A stretch of 16,582 nucleotides of DNA, taken from positions 1 through 16,582 of the forward strand of contig JBHGBC010000136.1 of assembly GCA_041946805.1 (NCBI GenBank), written 5' to 3'. Source of the DNA: a bacterium. Its GTDB lineage: Bacteria > Hinthialibacterota > Hinthialibacteria > Hinthialibacterales > Hinthialibacteraceae. The position numbers and the translations under genes were made by a program. Positions 1 to 6,920 of this stretch are shown here, one piece after another. The stretch's first letter is position 1. Every line of letters begins with the position of its first letter. The notes under the pieces are model-generated. The model made no database searches. It was not told where the DNA came from and saw only the letters and a list, made by a program, of their open reading frames with translations.

Positions 1-495
1 TCCGACATGAAAGCCTTGGGCATGGCGGAAGAACAATACCGGCTGGACCGCGGACAGTTCACCTTCGATGGTGATTGCAACCTCGGCGGGGCGGAATACA
101 AATCCTACTATCCGCTCACTTCACCCGTCGCCTATATTTCATCGGTTCCCAACGATGAATTTTCCGCGCTGGATCCCAAATTCCAAAACATGCAGACCAT
201 CAAGAGCGGATTGAAACCGGTGTTCGAATACACGTCCCGGATCTCTTTCGGTCCGAACGGAACACCGCAATGCAAAAACACCCTTCCGCTTTACAACATG
301 CTGGGCGCGTACGGGATCGAGTACATCATGACTTCCCTGGGGCCGGACGGCGACCAGGACTACCCGTGGGGTGAAGGCGGGGCGCAGGGTTTGCGGGATC
401 ACACCGCGGGTTTCATTTACGAACCCTCGAACGGCCTGGTGTCCAGCGGGAACATTTTCGTCCTGAACAGCCAGATCATCGGGGCGGGACACTGA
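1..495 (+). CDS. 5'-truncated probable type IV pilin/pseudopilin-like (prepilin-type N-terminal methylation domain) protein, C-terminal part
   Basis: The frame is open from base 1 (SDMKALGMAEEQYRLDRGQF), resembling the amphipathic helix end that follows the N-terminal hydrophobic segment of GspG/pilin-like proteins. It also has SLGPDGD and a terminal YEPSNGLVSSGNI motif. The diagnostic G|FTLIELL cleavage site would lie upstream of the window and cannot be seen. Confidence 0.6.
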   Translation, partial: SDMKALGMAEEQYRLDRGQFTFDGDCNLGGAEYKSYYPLTSPVAYISSVPNDEFSALDPKFQNMQTIKSGLKPVFEYTSRISFGPNGTPQCKNTLPLYNMLGAYGIEYIMTSLGPDGDQDYPWGEGGAQGLRDHTAGFIYEPSNGLVSSGNIFVLNSQIIGAGH

Positions 496-529
496 GTTCC
501 GGGCAAACGTCGGAAACTGGGATAGAGTG

Positions 530-575
530 CCCAGGGCGTTGTCCTTGGCTAAGCTTAGGATTACCCCTGCGGGAC
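530..575. repeat. degenerate extragenic palindromic repeat (CCCAGGGCGTTGtCCTtGGCT ... CCCCTGCGGGAC)
   Basis: Imperfect palindrome at 530-550 followed by a small GC hairpin remnant. It resembles REP-like repeats of the CCCAGGGCGTTGCCCTGGGCT type (recognised from memory). Confidence 0.4.
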
Positions 576-581
576 GAAACG

Positions 582-615
582 GGGCGGGCTGCGCTGCGCA
601 TGGAGCCCACCCTAT
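582..615 (-). repeat. GTAG-family-like REP (degenerate, ATAG tetranucleotide)
   Basis: Minus strand reads ATAGGGTGGGCT-CCATGCGCAGCGC-AGCCCGCCC. The arms 582-590 and 604-612 pair at 8 of 9 positions, plus one G-T on the minus strand. Confidence 0.5.
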
Positions 616-716
616 GTTGTTGGTTGTCGATCCTCTTAATCGGCCAAGATTGCCCGAATCGCGCCCCTGGATTATAGTTTTTTCCCAGCAATCCATCATT
701 CACTCCACGAGGCCCC

Positions 717-1793
717 ATGACTTGGTTCAATCCCGATGATCATCCCCACCGGCGGTGGAATCCGCTGATCGAGGAATGGATCCTGGTTTCCCCGCACCGC
801 GCCAAGCGTCCCTGGTCGGGAGGCATCGAAAAGAAACCGCCCGTTCATTTGCCCGCTTACGATCCCGGTTGTTATCTGTGTCCCGGCAACCGGCGCGCGG
901 GCGGGATTTTGAATCCCCCCTATACCAGCACTTTCGTTTTCGAAAACGACTATTCCGCCCTGCTTCCAGACACCCCGAACGCGGGCGGCCGGACCGCCTG
1001 CCACGGCCTGGTGCGGGAAACACCGGAAACGGGAATCTGCCGGGTGGTCTGTTTTTCGCCCAATCACAGCCTGACGCTGGCCGGAATGGACCTGGCCGAT
1101 ATCCGGCATGTGATCGACGTATGGTGTGAACAATACGAAGACCTGTCGCGGCGGCCGGATATCGGCAGCGTCACGATTTTCGAAAACCGGGGCGAGATGA
1201 TGGGATGCAGCAATCCCCATCCCCACGGGCAGATTTGGGCCAACCGGGGCGTTCCTAACCAGTTGGCAAAGGAAGCCCGGTCGCAGGAGGCGTATTTCCG
1301 GCGCCACGGCGCGCCGCTGCTGGCGGATTATGGGGAATGGGAACGGGAACAAAACCTGAGGATCATCGAACAGAACGCCCATTTCACCGCCTTGACGCCG
1401 CATTGGGCGCTGTGGCCGTTCGAGACGCTGATCCTGCCCCGCCGGCCGGCGGCGGGCATACTGGACCTCCCCGGGAACGAGCGGGACGCGTGGGCCGAGG
1501 TTTTGAAGGCGCTGCTCATCCGGTATGACAATCTATTCGAGGTCTCGTTCCCCTATTCGATGGGCATTCACCAACAGCCATGCACGGGAGAGGCGTATCC
1601 CGGATTTGTCTGGCATCAGCATTTTTTCCCGCCGTTGTTGCGGTCGGCCACCATCAAGAAATTCCTGGTGGGCTATGAATTGGCCGCCGAACCACAGCGC
1701 GACATCACGCCCGAACAGGCCGCCGCGCGGCTGCGCGGGGTTCCGCCGGTGCATTACCAGGCCCCTGCCAAACCTCCATCCGCCACGGGATAG
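717..1793 (+). CDS. galT: UDP-glucose--hexose-1-phosphate uridylyltransferase (galactose-1-phosphate uridylyltransferase)
   Basis: N-terminus [22 protein letters not shown]; Zn-ligand motifs CYLCPGN and FSPNH; catalytic [22 protein letters not shown]-terminal [33 protein letters not shown]. All are characteristic of E. coli-type GalT. Confidence 0.97.
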   Translation: MTWFNPDDHPHRRWNPLIEEWILVSPHRAKRPWSGGIEKKPPVHLPAYDPGCYLCPGNRRAGGILNPPYTSTFVFENDYSALLPDTPNAGGRTACHGLVRETPETGICRVVCFSPNHSLTLAGMDLADIRHVIDVWCEQYEDLSRRPDIGSVTIFENRGEMMGCSNPHPHGQIWANRGVPNQLAKEARSQEAYFRRHGAPLLADYGEWEREQNLRIIEQNAHFTALTPHWALWPFETLILPRRPAAGILDLPGNERDAWAEVLKALLIRYDNLFEVSFPYSMGIHQQPCTGEAYPGFVWHQHFFPPLLRSATIKKFLVGYELAAEPQRDITPEQAAARLRGVPPVHYQAPAKPPSATG

Positions 1794-1946
1794 CCCAACG
1801 AGCGGAGGTTCTCTCACCCGCGTTCCCTCCAGATATTCTCCCGACGCTCGAATTCGTCTTTCCAATCCCAAGGGTTTGCTCTATGATCGTGCGTCTTGTT
1901 GTTTATACACCCGTATTCTAGCCGGCAACCGCGACAGGGAGGAACC

Positions 1947-3413
1947 ATGCTCAACAAACTATTCGCCACGAAACCCATCCACCAAATCCTCGAAGAAGGG
2001 TATTCAGGGGAACATACGATGCGCCGTCACCTGACTGCCGTCCATTTAACGTTGCTGGGCATCGGGGCAATCATCGGGGCGGGTATTTTTGTCTTGTCGG
2101 GGCAGGCGGCCGCGGCGTACGCGGGACCGGCCATTGCCCTGTCGTTCGTCTTTTCGGGGATCGCGTGCGTTTTCGCGGGATTGTGCTACGCGGAATTCGC
2201 CTCCCTGATTCCCATCGCCGGAAGCGCCTATACCTATTCGTACGCGACCCTCGGGGAATTCTTCGCGTGGATCATCGGGTGGGACTTGATCCTGGAATAC
2301 CTGTTCGCGGCTTCCACCGTGGCCGTCGGGTGGTCGGGATACGTCGTGAGTTTTTTGAAGGATTTCGGCTTTGTGATCCCTCCGGAGTTGTCCAATGCGC
2401 CGTTCAGTTACGAAGCGGGCAGAGGAATGGTAACCACGGGAGCGGTCTTGAATCTGCCGGCCATGTTGATCGTGGGATTGATGACCTATCTGTTGGTCAT
2501 CGGTATCCGGGAAACCGCGCGGTTCAACAATGTCATCGTGTTCATCAAGATGACCGTCATCTTGTTGTTTTTATTCTTCGGATACCAATATATCAAACCG
2601 GATAACTGGACGCCATTCATCCCCGAGAATACGGGTACTTATGGGCATTACGGATGGAGCGGGATCATGCGCGGGGCGGGTGTGGTCTTTTTCGCGTACA
2701 TCGGATTCGACGCGGTCTCCACGGCCGCGCAGGAAGCGAAAAATCCCCAGCGGGACATGCCCATCGGGATTTTGGGATCGCTGTTGATCTGCACCGTGCT
2801 GTACATTACCGTGGCGTTGGTGATGACCGGCATTGTGAAATACACCCAACTAGGCGTGCCCGATCCAATCGCGGTGAGCATCGACGCGGCGGGTGATGGA
2901 TTGCGGTGGCTGCGTCCCCTGGTCAAGGCGGGCGCCGTGGCCGGATTGAGCTCGGTGATCCTGGTCATGCTGATGGGCCAGCCGCGGATCTTTTTCGCCA
3001 TGGCCAAGGACGGTTTGCTGCCCCAGGCGTTTTCGAAAATCCATCCCCGGTTTCGTACTCCTTATATCGCCACCCTGGTGACCGGAACGGCCTCCATGAT
3101 CATCGCCGGCTTGTTTCCCATCGGGATTCTGGGCGAATTGGTGTCGATCGGGACGCTGCTGGCGTTCACCATGGTCTGCGGCGGGGTGTGGGTGTTGCGG
3201 TACACCAAGCCGGATACGCCCCGTCCCTTCCGGACCCCCTTGGTCCCCTGGGTGCCCATTCTGGGCATGGCCAGCGCGCTGGCGCAGATGATTTCGCTGC
3301 CGTTCGACACCTGGATGCGGCTGATCGTCTGGATGGTCATCGGCTTCGTGATCTACTTCACATACAGTTATTCGCACAGCCGGTTCCATCAGCCGGCGTC
3401 CGGCGGCCAATGA
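1947..3413 (+). CDS. APC-superfamily amino acid permease (cationic amino acid transporter-like)
   Basis: Multiple hydrophobic segments; [10 protein letters not shown] (TM1), [38 protein letters not shown] motifs. Start set at ATG 1947, after GGAGG at 1938-1942, rather than the track's TTG at 1896. Confidence 0.93.
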   Translation: MLNKLFATKPIHQILEEGYSGEHTMRRHLTAVHLTLLGIGAIIGAGIFVLSGQAAAAYAGPAIALSFVFSGIACVFAGLCYAEFASLIPIAGSAYTYSYATLGEFFAWIIGWDLILEYLFAASTVAVGWSGYVVSFLKDFGFVIPPELSNAPFSYEAGRGMVTTGAVLNLPAMLIVGLMTYLLVIGIRETARFNNVIVFIKMTVILLFLFFGYQYIKPDNWTPFIPENTGTYGHYGWSGIMRGAGVVFFAYIGFDAVSTAAQEAKNPQRDMPIGILGSLLICTVLYITVALVMTGIVKYTQLGVPDPIAVSIDAAGDGLRWLRPLVKAGAVAGLSSVILVMLMGQPRIFFAMAKDGLLPQAFSKIHPRFRTPYIATLVTGTASMIIAGLFPIGILGELVSIGTLLAFTMVCGGVWVLRYTKPDTPRPFRTPLVPWVPILGMASALAQMISLPFDTWMRLIVWMVIGFVIYFTYSYSHSRFHQPASGGQ

Positions 3414-3414
3414 C

Positions 3415-4062
3415 TCACATGGATTCCGGCTGGTACTTGTGCCGGAGGTATTCATACACGCCCGGCAGCACCGAGATCACGATGATCGCCAAAATCACGA
3501 GGGTGAAATTCTGCTTGACGATGGGGATGTTCCCGAAATAATACCCGCCGTACACGAACAAAAACACCCAGGCCAATCCCCCGATCACATTGTAGGAGAT
3601 GAATTTGGCGTAGTTCATTTCGCCGATGCCCGCGACAAAGGGCGCGAAGGTGCGGATGATGGGGATGAAGCGGGCCAGGATGATCGTCTTGCCCCCGTGC
3701 CTCTCGTAAAAGCGATGGGTCCGGTCCAGGTATTCTTTCTTGAAAAAGCGGGAATCCGGCTGATGAAACACCTTGGGGCCGATGTAATGCCCCAGCCAAT
3801 AATTGACGGTATCCCCGGCGATGGCGGCGATGGCCAAGAGCAAGAAGACAAGGTGGACGTCCAGCGCCCCGGACGCGGACAGCGCCCCCGCCGCGAACAA
3901 CAGGGAATCGCCGGGCAGAAACGGGGTGACCACCAGGCCGGTCTCACAAAAGACGATCACAAAGAGAATGCCATACGTCCATACGCCGTAATCATTGATC
4001 AATCCCACCAAGTGCTTGTCCAAATGCAACACAATATCGATAGCCTGATGAATCAACTCCAT
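3415..4062 (-). CDS. dedA: DedA family membrane protein
   Basis: [51 protein letters not shown]; length and N-terminus match E. coli DedA; GGAGG on the minus strand at 4074-4078. Confidence 0.93.
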   Translation of the reverse strand: MELIHQAIDIVLHLDKHLVGLINDYGVWTYGILFVIVFCETGLVVTPFLPGDSLLFAAGALSASGALDVHLVFLLLAIAAIAGDTVNYWLGHYIGPKVFHQPDSRFFKKEYLDRTHRFYERHGGKTIILARFIPIIRTFAPFVAGIGEMNYAKFISYNVIGGLAWVFLFVYGGYYFGNIPIVKQNFTLVILAIIVISVLPGVYEYLRHKYQPESM

Positions 4063-4268
4063 ACCCGTACGATCCTCCAGTAGGATGGGGAATGAGAGAT
4101 ACGCTGGGTATTCAACTCCAAAATCCCGCCGAGGGAAGGTTTATGTCCAGATGAATCGTGATGGCTATCCAGGGCGGCCGCCTCGGCAACAGGAAGTTTT
4201 CAGGAATACTTGATAATTTTTATAAATTAAATCGAATATAATATCAATCGGATTATTCAAATAAATCA

Positions 4269-4297
4269 TTGACATCCTCGCTTCGGTATTTTATTCT
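4269..4297 (+). promoter_or_regulatory. putative sigma70 promoter of the first CBM9-like gene
   Basis: TTGACA (4269-4274), 17-bp spacer, TATTCT (4292-4297), preceded by an AT-rich tract at about 4210-4268. Confidence 0.65.
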
Positions 4298-4337
4298 GGT
4301 ACGGCGTTTCAATCGATTCCTCGGGGAGGAAAGGAAA

Positions 4338-5324
4338 ATGAAAAAACCGTATTTGCAACTCGTCATGGCCATCCTCGCGATCAGCACGGTGGCGCCGATG
4401 GTCACCGCCCAGGACCAGTTCATCAATTGCCGCAAATTCGACGCCTCCATCAAGATCACCATCGATGGGGATCCCAAGGATTGGCCCTTGACCGCGTATG
4501 GGGATCCAGCGGTGTTACCCGATATCCCCGAAGGGGAAAACTTGTCGGACACCGCCAGTTCCAACGCGGTGAACCAGGTGCCTCTGCAGACGGGAGACCA
4601 CTTTGTCTTTGATGGGAAGAAGGCGTTGATCAGCAGTGGCGCCACTGCTTCCTTCGAGGCGGAGGGAGAGGGTGATTTCGCCGCCACCACGTACATCGGC
4701 TGGGATGACAGCGGCTTGTATATCCTGAACATCGCCCAGGATAGCTTGATCGGCTGGTCCCATGGGTATTCTGATGATCGGGACGCCACCAATTCTCCTG
4801 GTTTTACAAATGATGGCATCGAATTGTGGTTCGATAACGACCACGACCGGTTGCCGCCCAACATCGATTCCGATCAAACATCGGAATTCGACCTGCAGAC
4901 CGCCTGGAACATCGATGCCCCGCTCCTGAAGGAAGAATACAACATGGATCCCCCGTATCTGACCGGAGATACCATGCAGTACCAGGACCGGGCGTTTTTC
5001 CGTTCGGCGCTCAACACGAACGACGAAGCGGAAATGGAAATGCTCGATAAAATCCAATATGTGGCGAAACTGGACGACAAGCCATCGGGACAACACGAGG
5101 GTTATGTCCAGGAATTCCTGTTCCCTTGGGGTGTGTTCCCCTCCTTCGACAAAGGCGAACCCATCGGTTTCAACCTGAACTGGATCGACTTTGACAATAA
5201 GGTCTTTCAGCTGATGCGCTGGAGCCAGGGAAACGAATCGGACCTGCAATACTTCCGTGAAATGCGCTTTACCAGCGACCGGCCGCTGGGCGGTACCAGG
5301 GTTTTGGATTGGTCCCTCCAGTAA
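4338..5324 (+). CDS. secreted CBM9-like/DOMON-like sugar-binding domain protein (paralog 1)
   Basis: Sec-type signal peptide MKKPYLQLVMAILAISTVAPMVTA|Q; motifs IDGDPKDW, YIGWDDSGLYI, DGIELWFD, GYVQEFLFPW, IGFNLNWIDFD; very acidic. Start set at ATG 4338, after a GGAGGAAAGGA RBS. Confidence 0.7.
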   Translation: MKKPYLQLVMAILAISTVAPMVTAQDQFINCRKFDASIKITIDGDPKDWPLTAYGDPAVLPDIPEGENLSDTASSNAVNQVPLQTGDHFVFDGKKALISSGATASFEAEGEGDFAATTYIGWDDSGLYILNIAQDSLIGWSHGYSDDRDATNSPGFTNDGIELWFDNDHDRLPPNIDSDQTSEFDLQTAWNIDAPLLKEEYNMDPPYLTGDTMQYQDRAFFRSALNTNDEAEMEMLDKIQYVAKLDDKPSGQHEGYVQEFLFPWGVFPSFDKGEPIGFNLNWIDFDNKVFQLMRWSQGNESDLQYFREMRFTSDRPLGGTRVLDWSLQ

Positions 5325-5342
5325 CGCGCGCTAAAACCACCA

Positions 5343-5368
5343 TCCAGTACAGAATTCCAGTATAGAAT
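5343..5368 (+). repeat. 13-bp tandem direct repeat (2 copies)
   Basis: TCCAGTACAGAAT / TCCAGTATAGAAT, one mismatch. Confidence 0.7.
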
Positions 5369-5383
5369 TGAAGATTGTCACAC

Positions 5384-5420
5384 TAGGGAACTCCAAAAGG
5401 GGTTCCCTATTTGTTTATAT
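5384..5420 (+). terminator. intrinsic terminator after paralog 1
   Basis: Stem TAGGGAACTCC / GGGGTTCCCTA (one G-U), AAAA loop, then TTTGTTTATAT. Confidence 0.75.
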
Positions 5421-5479
5421 GTTTCGTTTTCTAAGATTAAACGGCGCATCCGGCAAGTGCGTACTTTTTTTCGATCGCC

Positions 5480-5513
5480 GGTTTGCATCTCTTCGAAAGG
5501 ATCGATGCAAACC
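5480..5513. repeat. hairpin (10-bp perfect inverted repeat)
   Basis: GGTTTGCATC (5480-5489) / GATGCAAACC (5504-5513), with an inner TCTT-CGAA-AGGA mini-stem. Confidence 0.75.
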
Positions 5514-5525
5514 ACCCCCAAAATT

Positions 5526-5560
5526 CCCTCTCCCTCTGGGAGAGGGCTAGGGTGAGGGAA
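5526..5560. repeat. BoxC-like extragenic palindrome, copy 1
   Basis: CCCTCTCCC-TCT-GGGAGAGGG-CTAGGGTGAGGGAA; 31/35 identical to 16518-16552. Confidence 0.8.
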
Positions 5561-5565
5561 TTTTT

Positions 5566-5592
5566 GTAGGGGCGTACCTTGGTGTCCGCCCT
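5566..5592 (+). repeat. GTAG-family REP element
   Basis: GTAG followed by the imperfect palindrome GGGCGTAC...GTCCGCCC. Confidence 0.65.
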
Positions 5593-5668
5593 CGCCCAGT
5601 GGCGGATGGAATCAATTTTACTTCTTCAGGCACGCACTTGCCGGATGAACCTAAATTCATAAAAATCG

Positions 5669-5697
5669 TTGACATTGTCTTGCGTCAGTACTATCGT
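5669..5697 (+). promoter_or_regulatory. putative sigma70 promoter of the second CBM9-like gene
   Basis: TTGACA (5669-5674), 17-bp spacer, TATCGT (5692-5697). The context AAATCGTTGACAT matches AAATCATTGACAT at the first promoter. Confidence 0.65.
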
Positions 5698-5736
5698 GAT
5701 ATGATATTCAATACGAATCAGTGGGGAGGTATGGCG

Positions 5737-6690
5737 ATGAAAAAGGCGTATGCGCGACTCCTTATTACCCTCATCGTGATAGGCGCGGCGGCGCAAGTGG
5801 TCACCGCGCAGGACCGTTTCATTGATTGCCGGAAATTCGACGCCTCCATCACCCTTGTCATCGATGGGGATGGCAAGGATTGGCCGGTTGCCAGCTACGG
5901 CTCGCCCGCCGGCATCGAAACCGGCGGCCTGGTTATCACCGGCGATCACTTTATCATCGATCCCAACACGGCCAACTATGACAACCAGGGCAACACCAAT
6001 CCGTACACGGGACCAGACGACTTAAGCGCCACGACGTATATCGGCTGGAACGACAGCGCGTTTTATATTCTTAACGTGGCCCGCGACAGCCAAATCGGTT
6101 TTGAGCATGCCTATGCGAACACCATCGATGCGGATGGCTACCTCACCGGCCAAGCCACGGGATGGACCAGCGACGGCATCGAGTTATGGTTTGACAACGA
6201 CAATGACCGCTTGCCGCCCAATATCCAGGACGATCAAACTTCTCCCAATGATTTGCAGTTCGACGTGCTGATCGATGACGCGTTGCAGAAGCGGGATTAT
6301 CCGGATATCCCGGAGCAAGACATCGGGATCCGCCAAGATAATTTTAACTACCAATACAAGGAATTCTTCCGTTGGGGATCACCCCAGAATGACGGGGGAG
6401 ATCTTGAATTCGAACTGCTCTCCAAGATCCAGACCGCGACCAAGATCGACGCCGACAACATGGGTTACACCATGGAAATCCGGATTCCCTTCGGCGAGAT
6501 CGAGATGTTCGATCCCACCCATCCCATTGGATTTAACATCAGCTGGACGGATTGGGACAACGGAGAGTTCAGCCATATGATCTGGAACGGAGGCGTGGAC
6601 GCACAGACCGCGGATTACAAGGAACTGCGCTTCACCTCGGACCGTCCCCTGGGCGCGGGAACCAGCGTCCTGGACTGGGCCATTCAATAG
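5737..6690 (+). CDS. secreted CBM9-like/DOMON-like sugar-binding domain protein (paralog 2)
   Basis: Signal peptide MKKAYARLLITLIVIGAAAQVVTA|Q; motifs IDGDGKDW, YIGWNDSAFYI, DGIELWFD, GYTMEIRIPF, IGFNISWTDWD; collinear with paralog 1. GGAGG at 5725-5729 supports ATG 5737. Confidence 0.72.
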   Translation: MKKAYARLLITLIVIGAAAQVVTAQDRFIDCRKFDASITLVIDGDGKDWPVASYGSPAGIETGGLVITGDHFIIDPNTANYDNQGNTNPYTGPDDLSATTYIGWNDSAFYILNVARDSQIGFEHAYANTIDADGYLTGQATGWTSDGIELWFDNDNDRLPPNIQDDQTSPNDLQFDVLIDDALQKRDYPDIPEQDIGIRQDNFNYQYKEFFRWGSPQNDGGDLEFELLSKIQTATKIDADNMGYTMEIRIPFGEIEMFDPTHPIGFNISWTDWDNGEFSHMIWNGGVDAQTADYKELRFTSDRPLGAGTSVLDWAIQ

Positions 6691-6735
6691 CGCGGTCCGA
6701 AACAGCCGTCCGGCAGTGAGATAGGGAACGTTGCG

Positions 6736-6775
6736 CTAGGGAACTCCAAAAGGGGTTCCCTCTTCGTTTATATAT
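6736..6775 (+). terminator. intrinsic terminator after paralog 2
   Basis: CTAGGGAACTCCAAAAGGGGTTCCCT (6736-6761) is identical to 5383-5408 and is followed by CTTCGTTTATATAT. Confidence 0.65.
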
Positions 6776-6920
6776 TTCATTTCGTATGATATGAATAATC
6801 CAGTCACGGGTTTCAAAATCCATGAAAAAGTGGACTCCAATGCCGTGCAATCGCTTTAACATATGGCATGACGAATCCCGTTCCCGGGCACCATCCTGCC
6901 ACTTGAGAAGGGACACGTGG

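Larger units (their letters stand above)
5447..5647. mobile_element. MITE-like/composite non-coding element with 16-bp terminal inverted repeats
   Basis: CATCCGGCAAGTGCGT (5447-5462) is the exact reverse complement of ACGCACTTGCCGGATG (5632-5647). The interval encloses three hairpin repeats. No target-site duplication is visible, so mobility is inferred only. Confidence 0.45.

Noticed and set aside
4269..4337. N-terminal extensions in the ORF track (also 1896, 5599, 6822, 8519, 12853)
   Set aside because: They overlap promoter boxes, repeats or upstream genes; downstream starts have better RBSs and give sensible N-termini or signal peptides.
5368..5550. 60-aa ORF ending PLPLGEG
   Set aside because: It is a translation of the terminator and the repeat elements; TTG start with no RBS.
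5343..5647. Possible CRISPR array
   Set aside because: The repeats are of different sequences, with no regularly spaced identical repeats and no cas genes.
5645..5660. ATGAA-N6-TTCAT palindrome just upstream of the -35 box as an operator
   Set aside because: Only 5-bp arms in AT-rich DNA, and it is not present at the paralogous promoter.
6700..6720. AAACAGCCGTCCGGCAGTGAG resembling the left end of the 201-bp element (5439-5461)
   Set aside because: The alignment needs two gaps and several mismatches; too weak to call without statistics.
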